A stretch of DNA of 64,000 nucleotides from Balanoglossus misakiensis (Eukaryota > Animalia > Hemichordata). Under the pieces are notes generated by a model. That model saw nothing but the letters and a program-made list of their open reading frames with translations, had not been told where the DNA came from and did not search any database. Both the position numbers and the translations under genes were made by a program. Shown here in pieces: positions 39,401-52,560 of the stretch (positions are counted from its first letter, which is position 1; each line of letters opens with the position of its first letter). The stretch spans positions 12,561,166 through 12,625,165 of the forward strand of contig CM082584.2 of NCBI GenBank assembly GCA_040954595.2, read 5' to 3'.

Positions 39401-39903
39401 ACTGGGTGCCCTGACATGTAGCGAACGCGGGTCGTGATATAGTAGGTTTATTACACGAGGTCGTAAATCGTCCTGCCGGACATGTTCAGGGATCAGTTTA
39501 CCATAAACTGGTGTGAAATAGACAGACGAAAACCAATTCCAGGACATGTAATTTACAAAAACAAAGCGAGCTTGTAAGACAAATTCTACAATATACCCGA
39601 GAAGTAAGCTGTTGTCGAAATTTACTTTCTCACCAATTCAGAAAGTTCCAGCTCTTCTCCAAGGCTACTCCCCGACCTCGTCGTCGCCGTCTTGGAATCG
39701 TCGTCGTGTCGAACGGAATCTCGGTTCAAATCATCACCCAGCAACCTCACGGCTTCAGTCACCTCGTTATCCTCCTGACTCCGTTCTTCTTCCACGTTCT
39801 CCGCTCTGACTTCGATGGCGTTCCCGTTCTCCGTGACATCCTTGTCGCGTTGCCGGTCTTGGTGGACGTGGACGTCCTCCCCGTCCTGATTCGAACTCGC
39901 CAT
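33440..39903 (-). CDS. Arylsulfatase B/I/J-like protein with an N-terminal cytosolic tail and transmembrane anchor, 15 exons, ~627 aa
   Basis: Exons 39903-39634, 38789-38624, 38342-38171, 37816-37765, 37569-37466, 37269-37145, 36936-36872, 36589-36488, 36323-36260, 36086-35989, 35770-35631, 35458-35400, 34268-34151, 33956-33781, 33612-33440; all phases are consistent. Motifs: [90 protein letters not shown]. The join of exon 1 is the least certain part. Confidence 0.88.
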
Positions 39904-41365
39904 CCGTATATATTTCGCCTCCAGACGCGAGTTTGATACAAACAACCCCAGTCTGACCTCACACCCTCCTTTCACTTGGGATGAAGCGAGTGGAATGTCG
40001 GGTAGGGTACTAAACTTGATAAGATAAACAGCGTTAAAAACTGAGTCATCCGAGCTGGAAAAAGGATGGAAGTCGCAAGGCCAAAAGACCACATCCCAAG
40101 GAACACGGTCTTCCTGGGTCGGATGATCACGTGCTCGTCTGAGATAGAATTTCAAAATTATCGAAAGCGGACATACCTTCGGCACGGCTAGATCTTTACA
40201 TGTGAAACCTAACCCGATATTTCACAGACATTTTCGTTTTCACGCGACGCGAAGTGCAGCGGCGTCTTTTAATATTTTTCAGAGCCAAAATTTGGAGACG
40301 AGTGTAGAAGTGTACTATGAGTACAAGTATCGGGTGCATTGGTTCACTTGATAGGCGTTTTTCATCCCTGTTTGTTTGACTCGGGATGTCGATGGAAGCA
40401 TGTCAGAACTCGGGAATGTTAACTATGCCAATAAGAACTGACCCAAGCCCTCGACACGTTGTTAGAATGAATTCAAAATAACGTCGGGAAATGTTGTCTA
40501 GCTGCATACCGTAACCTTGTGCCTATGCCGGTTCACATACAGCTTCCAAGGTTGCAAAAAGGGCGAGAGTCTCTAAATTCATTTGAGGCTGTAATGAAAT
40601 TGAAAAACTGACAAATCTAGGGATTAATATAGCTGCAACAATTAAATGTACATGCTGAAAAAGGCGACAGATACCCCTTCAAAACTATACCCATGCTTAT
40701 GTCAACGCCCTCAAAGAGAGCAAAATATTTACTTTCGTTTTATCCAAGACGCTAATGTCAGTAGGGTGCTCCCTCTAGGGGCGAGTATCCTCGCATTGTC
40801 ATACATTATCTACAACAAAATTCCTGCTTAATCAATTATCAACTTGAATATATACTACCCTAAAGCCATAGTTGTCAGCGTGGACGTTAACAAAACAAAG
40901 TTCTACGTGAACAAGGTTTTCATGTCTTACGATACAATTTTCACATTCCGGCCCAATTCCGACCATTCCTCGTTTAATTACCTTCATTCGGTTCGGATTG
41001 TTTTTAATTGTAAAATAACATTTGTGAACGTATCAATTTCAGCCAGAAAATTTACCATTAAATTTCAATGAGTTACGGGTATCAAATTCGGAGATAACTC
41101 TAATAGTTGAAAATTAAACAAAATTCTCTCAGGTGATCAACTTAGAAGCCAGCCTAAGGGCAGTTGGATTGGTGGACACAGTGTCCGATGTGTACCAATT
41201 TGGTCAAACAATTGAAAGATCCAGTTGCAACTTCGACATTTGACCGTTGGTGGCTCACCAACATTTATATTGAGTTCTGTTTAACTGTGGTTGATACACA
41301 GAACAAAAATACAGTACATGTGAACATACAGTATAAAGATACAGCAATTGCCTCTTTAATGGTTC

Positions 41366-41472
41366 TAGGAGATTACCCCCCTGGACATTTAGCCTAACCC
41401 TTTCTCTAACATTAGCTCTGATTGGTGGGTTGGAAAGTCCGGGCGGTAAGTGTCCAGGGGGTGATCGTCCTA
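41366..41472. mobile_element. Short MITE-like element with ~26-bp imperfect terminal inverted repeats
   Basis: taggagattacccccctggacattta at 41366-41391 matches the reverse complement of taagtgtccagggggtgatcgtccta at 41447-41472; both ends are TA. Confidence 0.6.
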
Positions 41473-42602
41473 ACACATCTTTAATATACAACACTGAGAA
41501 AGACACGGCATGCTGGTTACGTCAACTGTCGTCACTTTTGCAGCAGCGAATGACACATTTTTTTACGTTCACACTGTTGACATTTACTCTATGATCTGAA
41601 AATGTCTTTGAACAAATCTTTGATTCGAGAACTAGACCAAACTATAGTCAGTAAATTGAATATTAAAAACTAATCAGTAAATACAGTATTTGTTTTAAAG
41701 ATAATCACAATATTACAATTGTTTTCGGTGGGTTTTGGAACCGGAAGTTCACAAGATCATTTTAAGGAAACTAGAGATATAAATCTACTTTATCCAAACT
41801 ACTTCTTCACTGTATTTAAACTCTACAAAATCATTCCTAGTAGATCAAAAACACAATCTCTGCAATTTGGAGAGAGAAAAAAGTTTTTTTAAAAACTGTT
41901 TACAAATACAGCGCTATTCTGAACTGTGTAATACTGAAAGAACATCGCGGAACGAAAGTTGCTCCACTGGACGACAGATTCAATTATAACAGCGCCTAAA
42001 ACTGAATAAATAACACTGTACAATTTTTTTCCACTCCACAACTTACGCGGACTAAATACATATTCTCTATCTCTCAAGACAAATTAGTATTAGACACGTG
42101 AAGTTTTTAACTGCACATATTATGAACCACAAAACCGTCAATTGCACATGCGAACAACATTCAACGTCAATACACATGACTTTACACCACGATATTTACA
42201 CCGGGTTGTCGTCAGGTTTGTTTTAAATAAGTTTCAAAGAAGTGAATTAGGTGGGATGTTTTTGTCGAAAAACATACAGTAGATTGCATGTCAGTTTGTC
42301 GTTTCTATAATGAACATTGCTGATAAAAGATTGCACATATAGTAAGCCATTGATGTGACATGTATTAGCAAAATAAGCTAAAGACACGTTATGCGACATA
42401 ATACATTACTGGAGATAACAAACCGATGACAAAATTGCAGCGGTCCCAAGATCTCAAGATGCTAAATATTTTATTTACAGGTGCATTTCTCTCCACATAT
42501 ACTAGCAATCACCACGTTCAATGCATAAAGTAGCGTAAATGACTACGCTTGCATTTTAGTAAAACTAAAGGCTGTCTGATAAACACTACGGTCACTTGTT
42601 TT

Positions 42603-45600
42603 TTATCTTGGATCCTTCTTTGCGATATTTTCCAGCGCCTGGATTGGGTTGATGGTGGGACTGAGTGGCGGGCCTGGTAGGATTGGACTGTTGTACGGGC
42701 CAAGCGATGTGATACAAGATGACGTCAGCTTTGAGAGTGACTGTGAGTGGTGGACGTACAAATCTTTGGCCGCTTTGCTTTCGGTGGTGGTCGGTGACGT
42801 TTGCGGTTGAGATTTGCTTGATGTCGCGGTTGGTGTCTGCGCGACAGCTACCAGGCTGTTCGGACACTGGGTTGGCAGATATCCGTTGCTTGGCGCGGTG
42901 GTGGGAGCTGACACGACGTGTCCATTGGCCGTAATCAAGTGGTTGATCGGTGGGGGTAGAAGATGTCCAGGTACGGTGGGTGCGTTAAACACAAAGTGAT
43001 TGGTTCCTTGAGGAGTCACGTGGACGTGTGTCGGCAGCTGGATGCACTGTGTCGGTGGGAGGAGAAAGTATTGCCCGCTGATTGGATCCAGGACTATTTT
43101 GGAGGATCCGGTGATGACTTTAGTGGTCGGTGGATGTTGTATTGGATGAGGTAAGAAGGTCACAATTTGAGGTGGGTTGGAAGCGATGGCAGCAGTAGGC
43201 GCACTGCCGCTGACGGTCGGATTGACAGCGGCATGCATGCCGTTCATGGCGATGGGAGGAGTGTGCACGTTAATCGGCAACAGCGGAGGTGGCAGGCGAC
43301 GACGCCCGTCATCCGGGTCGCTGACGAAAGAACCGTTGCTGAACCCTGGGGACGACGTCGCCATGGTGACGTTACTGTGAGATTTTGTCACGGTGAGGGT
43401 GTCTGTCTTGCAGGCGGAGACAACGGTGTAAGCCGGCGACGGTATTGACGCAGAGGTTACGGCTGATTGGTGTGTTAACCCGTTGGTGGCGCAAGAAGTG
43501 GTCGTTTGGGAACTGTCCGAATAACGGGCGAACATACTACAAGCAGGTGGTTCTCTGGGCTCCTGCTTCGTTACTGCAGGAGGAGGTGTCGCATGTTCGG
43601 GCGGTGATGAAATCATCGATTCCGGACTCTCTGGTCGCCCATCTCGCTCTGATGAAGGTGTGTCTGCAATGCTACTTTGACAGTCAGAATTGCTATCCGA
43701 TGTCGAAGCTTCATGTAAAACAGAATCAAGACCCGGAGATCCGTTCAAAGAACCATTCATACGTATGGCCGTCGACCGTGCCAGTAATCGGATTGGTTTC
43801 ACAGGCGGTCGGAAACTCTTCTTCTCTCTCCTGAAGACTTCTTCAAAATTCTGATTCTGTAGGTGACACAACAGACGTAAAAATCTGATGTCTTGGGGTG
43901 CCATGGCCTCCACTTCTGCCAGATACTGCGCTATTTCTTTCATACAAGCTTTGTAGCCGTCTTCAAAACGCCTTTTGCTGACTGCTTCCAGTTCCACTGC
44001 GTTATCTAAAAGTAGAAACAACAAGGCTCAATGCCATTGTCAGTCTGACATACAGATGGACGTACCGGTACAGACAGACCAGACATTGACAGGCAGACAT
44101 CAGTATTACCATAGACAGGAGCTTCTACTGTGTATGGTTTAGCATCAGCTCCCGTGTGCCAACACAGAAGATAGAAAGAGGCGGGTCATTCAGCACAAGA
44201 GTGTTAACAACGGCTCCGGTCAGCACATGTTACACGTGTACACATATGTTCAAGTTGGCGGTTAACACTGCTTCACTGAGACCCATTTCTACTTACCTGA
44301 GTTTGGATTGCAGATATTGTTTTCGTTGTTTTCCTCTTTAGATATCTCCGTGCCTGTATCTTCCTTAGATATCTTACGGTGAATGTCATGGATGTATGCC
44401 ACTGCCAACTCCAAAACTTCAGCTTTCTCTAGCTTTCCAGTGCTACCACTATGTCTCTATGGAAAATGAAATCATAAACATTTCCTTAAATACAAATAAG
44501 TTCCATTCTATTACCGAGGACAACATCAGTGTGATGCTTATACATGTAATGTGATTTTGAGTATCCATATTATTACAAACGCAGACAGAACGACAGACAG
44601 ACAGAATGACAGACAGCCAGCAACCGCCAAACGATCGCACAAAAACACAATTTCTTACCGTTTTCGTAAACGACGAAGGTATCACGTGACTCAGCTCACT
44701 GATGCAAGAATTTATACGGTGTCTGCGCCTGCGCTCTACGATTTTGTGTGAAGAATACTCCTGCAGGCAGAAAAAAAACAACGTTCGGGAATTAAAATAC
44801 AGTTAAGAAAGCTGGACATATTGAGCAAACTCTTCACATTCTGGTAGGTATCTACTTGGAGTTGACAGAATTTTGACTTCGAGTTGACTTTTTAAAATGC
44901 CCGTTTGCATTTCGATCGCATTCTAAAATTAGAATTGGAAATTTGTTATTTATGATCCATTTTATCCGAATGCTTCTGTTATCTATATACGAGCTGATGT
45001 TTCGCGAGCTGATGTTTCTTGTTTTACGCCACAGTGTCGTAACCGTTTCATGATGTGAGACGGTTTGTGCATCACAATATTTATCTCAGACAATTACTGA
45101 CGGCGCCTTGGGCGATTATCGCTTTCTCAGACTACACTTTCTTGTTTATCGCCATTCCCGCCAAAAACAGTTGTAATTCACTTCAGTAAACGAATAATCC
45201 TTACGAACCTATTGCCGACCTTTGACCCATGACTAAAGCTGCTCTAAAGTCGCATATAAAAGTAACAATACTTTCACACGTTTTAAAAATAACAATCGAA
45301 TAAACTCGACAGTTTCACACAAAAGTGAAAACATACTGTTATTTATTGTTACTTACAAAATAATACTAAAAACGAAATAGACAACGAATGTGTGACAATA
45401 AAAAGTCGTGCAGTTTTCCCCTCCGGATGACGGAGTAGCTTTTTGATATGTAAAAGTTCCAATTGTATTCGAGATTATAAATAGATTGTAAATTAACCAC
45501 TATTCAACATTTCTCACCAGAACACAGAGAACTGTCAGAAACCAACCAATTGATTTATCGTTTGCGTAGTACATTCAAAGAGCTCTGGAGATATTGCACT

Positions 45601-46822
45601 GCCACCATATTCCACAAGACAATTACAATTTTTGGTCGTGCTGTCATTAATCATAAGTATGGAAAGTTTCAAAATAAAATGGGTGCACCGTAATGCTGGT
45701 CAGCGCAGCCGTGGTACTGTGTTTTTTGTCGCTATGAAGTGGTTCTTAGTTCTCGACGTCAAATGGGTCTAAATCCTAGAATTGCATTGTGGGTAAAAAG
45801 TCGACAATTCTTCGTATTAAGAGTTTTGAAAGTGCCAATTTGCGGCTGAATGTTTTGTACGGACAGTGACCGCAGGCCATTTGATGGGGGGGGGGGGGGG
45901 GTGGATTTCGGAGGGTAAATTCAGCCGTCGTATTCTTTAGACCTGTCTGGATTTCAGAAGTTGAAGCAACCATTTGATGAGTTTCCAGACCCGTCTCTGA
46001 GAGCGATAGCGACTGATGCAGCGGGGCTCGGTGTTGGTGCGAGGCACCCGGATCAAATGACGTGAAAGTTCCGCCGTGGCCTCGTTCTGGACGCAGGCAA
46101 TCGTGATTACAACTTTAGTACTCACTGGTAAGTAACATGGACATTTTATACATCACCCTTGCTGACAACACGTCTATGTGTACCATTCATTAATTTATTT
46201 CACCGACTAAAGGGTATAATGTATCGAATGCCAGTGTCTGCATCGATCAAAATTATTCTTGTAATTTGCCAATTACATGACTTGACTAGCGTATTTGAGA
46301 CGTACGAGGTGAATTATAGAATGCGTGGAGTCGAATTGCTCGGCGCGCTGTAGAAGTGTGATGGCAATAGGATATGATACGATGAAAGGAAAAAAGAACC
46401 CATCGTCTATCGAACAAATTTCGACTTTTAACCAGAGTTGAACTTTTTTTCTAAGCAGTGTGTCACGAGTAAAATACAAGTACACAAGAAAGCAACTATC
46501 CATGTGACTGTATCACAGAAAATATATTAAACTTATATAGTATACATACATCTGAAGAAAACCCGACATGGCTAAGATGTTTTTCCATGTCCACTTGCAT
46601 CCTGCGAAATATTTCTGACGTCATGTCGTGCGATGATCCGACGCCTCCCATCGGCCTTTCCAAAGTCGTACGACCGAGACTGTGGCTGCGGTGTGACTGG
46701 CGTGACCGGGGAGATCCGATACGAGAGCGTAGTGTCTCTCGGCGACGCAGAGTACCAGATAACGGGTAAGGTGTCGAACGACGGGAACGGTGATTAAAAT
46801 TCGAGCGGGCAGGCAGTGGCAT
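42603..46822 (-). CDS. Group E bHLH-Orange transcription factor (HELT/clockwork orange/DEC-like), 4 exons, ~645 aa
   Basis: Exons 46822-46550, 44760-44659, 44456-44297, 44005-42603 are phase-consistent. bHLH: SHKIVERRRRHRINSCISELSHVIP...GKLEKAEVLELAVAYI. Orange domain: FEDGYKACMKEIAQYL...RLLCHL. Long Ser/Pro/Thr-rich tail without WRPW. Exon 1 is supported by its ORF and GTATGT donor only. Confidence 0.88.
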
Positions 46823-49800
46823 AGTTATTGGTCACCTGGGGAACGAGACACTCAACGCACTGCCATACGTTTCTGGTGCCATAAAACTGTCATCAAAGGG
46901 TCGGGTTTTCGGTAACTAATTAGACATTTATTTATCCATGTCAGCTGACTCTTGTCCGTTATTGATTGATGTCGACGGACCAATAAAATGGTGCGCGTGG
47001 CAAATTCTCTAAAAATAGGGCCTGCATACGCTTTAATGTTTACTATACATATAAATGAATTGAAAAATATCAATCATACATTTTGCTCAACGATATTTTA
47101 AACATTACTTTTCTAACAGGGGCAAAAGTTAAAAGTCCCCAAAACGCGTAATCAGAAAAACAAAACAAGAATCATTTCTGGATATTTCGACCACAGTTTG
47201 ATGTATTTATGATCCTAAAATATTTTCATCAAACCAGCGATCACGTTTTACTTATGACTTCAATTCAGTTTACTACTCTCACTTGTGAATGGAACATGAT
47301 GATGACGCATGTGTTCTCATAGGTGTTATTGTGAAGTTGTGACAAGAGGTAAACAAAGTGGTCTGGCCTGTTATTGGATTGTTTGAGTGATGCCCACTGA
47401 GTTTGCACAGACTGCCTACTCGACAATGTTGGAGTCCACTTCTGCAGTACACATTCACGACACACTTTTCCCAGCATGTTCAGTTCGGTTTATTTTACTG
47501 CCCTGAAACCCGATCTGCTGTACTTTTAGATGCTAAATTTGTGCGAATGACGTGCACTTTTAGATCGAGACATCTTTAGACATGTTCATCCCGAAAAAAA
47601 AAACGGTTGTCAATTTGAGAAGCTTAAACAGAAAATTATGTGTGAGTGAACGTTTTGTTCTATTTTAGTCGCGGCGTGCGTGTGGAATCATGAATCGGTA
47701 CCTATAGGGACCTACATGTCGTTCTTTTTCTCCTTTTCTGGTAAAAATAAAATATGATAATGAGTTGTCGACAGACTGACATCATTTTCACACAGCCCAA
47801 GCGCCCTCTGTGGCGAAACTCAGGTTTTATAATCGTGTTTGCAGTTGAAGTGTGAAATATTCTCGTAACTGCAATTTGTAATTTGTTTGTGTTGCCACCG
47901 CTGATTTCTATCACATTTTCGATTGCTTGCATTAGTCACAATGGCCAAATTTTGTATCATTTCGGCAATTAAGTGATTGGCGGGGATCTAAATGTCCACA
48001 AAGCCTCAAATCACCAGTAAACCACCAATGATAGGCATCACAAAGGCACTTTCCCCCATCACCGATCTGACTTACACGAGTGATGTTTATGTGTCTGCGA
48101 ATGTACGGTCACCCACCCTCTTCGAAATATACGACTCGCTTGTTTAACGACGTGGGAGTGCGTAATGAAATTTAGTCGCCTAGCACAATATGTAATTACC
48201 CAGCGACACCGCTCCTTGCATCAGATGCCGCCACTGCTGTTGGCTTTCCGTATCGCCGTGATTTAAACTTGTCATAAAACAAGGGCGATTTTGAAACGAA
48301 GATAAACGAGGCCGGAGTCAACAAATGGCAGGGGTCCCTAAAACAGGAAAAGAAACTGCGTTCCCCCGGGAAAGACTTTACGATACCATCATAAACCCCC
48401 TCTCATAAGTCCGTCAAAATTTACGTCCTTTCCCAATCCATTACAGCACTGTAAAAACCCAGCTTCGGTATTTTCTGTGACTGGTAGTTTCAATGCAAAT
48501 CGACAATAAACAGCAAAGGCTTTAACATGCTTAATTTCGAAGTAACCGAATGCAAGATAGTGCCTGGTTATATTTTTTCAATATATTATATAAGCTTAAT
48601 GTGAGTGACAGTTTCTGCTTATTGTTGGTCGTTACTGCGCGCGAGGAATTTGGAATTATTTGCTTCAGCGTCGAGTGACTCGCGAGAAGTTATGGCCGAG
48701 TCTGCTTTCAAATCACATTTAACATTTATTTGCATGGTCTTTTTTAAACTTCAAATGAATCCTTTCTTGTTTGATCGATGTAACCACTGATTCTGTGAGT
48801 GTTGACTTATTTCAAACTCCATCAAGCTAGGCAGCCCTTCGACTAACACCTCATTCGATGTTGTTGGCCGGAGATTACTGATCAACTGCGCATCATCTTA
48901 ATGCCAAGTAATGCTTCAGTTCGTCCAAATTGAGCGGGGAATTCGGTCGTTTTGAAGTCGGGCACACGGCAACTTTATCTGTCACCCCGCCGCTGAACAC
49001 ACCACTGGCCATGTCGTCTGATCAATGCCGGGTGATTCTGTTCACAGAAATCTGCGTTTGTCATGTCTCAGTCTGAACATCGGTGATTTGGCAGTCGGCT
49101 AACGCGCGGGGTCAAATTTATTAACACTCCGACAATAGCGAACGTCTTTGAAGGAGAAGCCATGAGGACGAGCGAGAGTGGATTCCTCGACGTTGTCATG
49201 GAGATTGATACTCCATCCCGCGGATGAAAGTCCCATGACATTTGCAAGAGTGTCTCCAACGTTTGACGATGTCGATCGGTTTTACTTGCCGAGAGCTGTA
49301 ATTTACTGGGTCCTATATATTTGCCAGTCGAGCAGCGCTGAGCCTTTTCCCACATCTAATGGAAATCTTTATTTCCTACAAGGGGGGTTTGATTGTCTCG
49401 CCCAGGGCCGTCAACACCTCATTATTACTGGATTTCTTCGTGCGTAATGCAATAGGTGGTGAACTGTCGCCAGTTTGTAAGTCAGACTACCCGGAGTAAT
49501 GGGAGAAAATCGGTATTATCGGAGGAAAATTGAGAAACGGAGACGTCGGCTTTAGGGTAAAGAAACAAGTGACACGTGCATTGCCTGATAACAGAGTTGC
49601 TGCAGCCATCATTGACAGTGTGCGTCAGTCAACGTGACATGTGCCTTTAAGTTCCCTGGATTTTTAAGGGGGTATCTTTGAAGTGAAATCAAGGATAGGT
49701 CGTAGGCCAGCCTACAAAATTTCGGCAATTCAGTTCAAGCAAAAGCGTGGTTGAACTGTGGCTAGTCAAGAGTGAGGGCATACCCTGCTCAATCTTTTCA

Positions 49801-52379
49801 ACCACTGGTGAGCAAAAATCGCGACATTAAAATGGTGCGAAATGGATACTTGTATCATTTAGACTGTACGCGTTGAAGTTTCTTTCGCTTCAAAAGACAT
49901 GATAAAACAACACCAACAATAACCATCTGATGAAACAACAGTAAATTGGTTTACTATACCTTAGAATCTCGTCTGTTCGGTGCCATTTCGTACGTGGGTT
50001 CTTGACAAAGGCCGTGCATCTGAAAGTAGTGACTAACTTTGTCACTGTGTAGGCTACGTCGTAAAGTTAAAGTCAATCGGTGGGATAGAAATTTCCTGGT
50101 TGCTTTTAACAACTACATTTAAGTTTTCTAACGTCTAAATTGGTAGTTTCTTCGTAAATTATCGAGAAAGAAAAACTTCTTTCAAGTTACTGTCATGCGC
50201 AGTCAGTGATATCAAACGATCGTGGCGTTCCCGTTATTGTGACGTCATCGTTGTTACCCTGCTGGTGGTGAGAGTTGCCGGAGGTCAAAGTTCAATGCTA
50301 CCAGAGAAACGAAGCTCGTCGCACCTGTCCACAGGTTTCCTCTTGAACTGTAGTGCAGTTGAAATCAGAAACTGTTGTGCGCACACACAAATGTCCCACC
50401 GGAAAGGTGCTAGTCGCAATGTTGTCGGGAAAAATCTCTAGTTTCAAGTTCAAGATGGCTGCGTGGAATTCTTTCGATTGTCAGAGCCATTGTATTTTCG
50501 TCCGCACATTACCATTCATAACTTCTTGTCCGATGTTTTCTTTTCTCGAGTCTAGAAGAAAAATAGAAATATGTTGTTGAGCTTACTGAATTTTGATATT
50601 TAGCGGTTAGTTCCATATACTGAAAGAGCAATGCGCATCTTCTCGCTCAGGTTATTTCAAAATGGAAAGCCAACAGATTATGCATCGCACTGCGTGAATG
50701 GCCAACGACTTCAGAGCGACGTTGAGCTAACGAATTAAACGTGCCCTAACATCTACCTAACACCAACCTTTGTCGCCAGTGCCGGGTGCGGCAACCCGTC
50801 GTGATAAATGAAATGCAAATCGCATCGCGATGACGACAAACCCACACCTTGTCGAGACATAGATTGATCATAATGGTAATGTTTATTGGGAGAGCAGCTA
50901 CGAACTCCGTCACTCGTGAAACCGAACCATTATGTTGCCATCAGAGTCGGTGAGATAATAACCAAAACCTTGACTAATGTTGACTTTATACCCCGATATC
51001 TGTATCATCTGCTTAGAGTACACGTCATCCGAAACATTTATGACCCATTTTTGTAGTGATTTGGATGTAAGTTCGTCAAACAACAAAAAGGACGATGGCA
51101 CCTGTGAAAAAATATACGAGTGTTCGCAGTTAAACTACTACTAGCTTGGACACGTCCGACGAATCGATTGGACAGTTTCGGGTATGTCAATAGTATACCA
51201 CGCCGCCAATTAGGGCACATGCCTTAGGGGGGTCTGTCTCGCAAGAGAATACTTTCTCAACTTGTTATGTTGCATCAAACATTTATGTTTAATTTCACGA
51301 CTTGGAGTCGATTTTCTGAGGAAGCGCCGAGAAACATCGTACGCGTCACAACGATCGCCAAGAACGATTTTTGAATCCTTCGTCATGTCTGCTACCACCT
51401 GAAAGTGTCACTGAAATAGTATACATGTATTGACAAAATTGTCTATCGAATTTATATAAATAAAACACTATTAGTACTGAGGGAAGTTATTGTTGATAAA
51501 AAGATACAAATTACGGAATATTGAGGTTTCAGCATAATTGCAGGAAATAGAATAAGGAAACGTTGTTGACCAACAGCACGACACCTCTTTCGATAAAATA
51601 TAATTTTCCATCTTAAATAAATGAAATTGACGCGGGGTACTTAGACATTTAATTAATTTAAAATTGGCTTGTAAAAAGATGTTATCTTAGAATCGTTAAG
51701 GCATCCACAGAACGATGAGTTCGAAGCTCTACATTTCTCATTGGTTTGAGACACAGAGCGTCAAGAAACGTTTGTCTTCAGGCGAGATCAAAGCACGCCG
51801 CCTGACAGCCTAATGTCGTTTACTGTTGACGGTTCAGTTCTCAATTCATCATCGGCAGACATTTTACCAATAACTCGGCCGGTAATCGTCGCCGTCTGCC
51901 TAATGTATTCTGACAAGTTGAATTGGCGGCCTGTTTCATTGGCTTAAATAGTTGCCGACCAGACTCGCAAGATCGCACTCAAATTCTCTTAAGCCCCGTG
52001 CTCGAAGCACCGAGAGAGACATTTGCATATTCGTGTCAGATATTTTTCCCTCGCTGTGATTGAGTGGCGTTTGTAGTCCAGGGTGCGTAAACTTTCTCTG
52101 ACTGATGAGTTTTTGCGGTGGTTACTTCTATTTACAAATTCCGTTGCCCCAGCGTCCCAGGATGTCTGACTCATCGACGCTTGGTGACAGTTTGATCGAT
52201 ACCACATCCCTTTATCTCCGTTCCGTCATTTAACTATCGATCATAGAAAGTTGACAATATCATTTTGCTCTTCTAAGTTAAATAAATGACAGCGGGTTCC
52301 GAACAAGCGTTTCCTCTTCACAGCCTTTTGAATGCCGGTTCTGAGTTAATATGGCGCTTCGTCATCACGTGACTTGGCG

Positions 52380-52560
52380 CAAACTTCACCACAATTTGAA
52401 GAAAGTTTACTTAGGTCACCCCTAGGAAACTGCATACCACATTTCTAAACATTCGGACCAACGGTTTGAGAGAAGAAGACGAGTGTTGACAGACGACAGA
52501 CGACGGCCAGTCACGTCTCCTATCTGATAAGCTCTGCGACGCTGTCAACGGAGCTAACAA
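52380..52560. mobile_element. Fragment of a non-autonomous interspersed repeat (possibly Helentron/HINE-type end)
   Basis: The pattern gagaagaaga...gacagacgacagacgacgg...ataagctctg...cggagctaa (GAC-rich microrepeat, then a short terminal hairpin) is recalled from such elements and not verified. Confidence 0.3.

Noticed and set aside
33440-39903. Sulfatase as a decayed pseudogene
   Set aside because: No frameshift or premature stop was found over 15 phase-consistent exons, and the fold motifs are retained.
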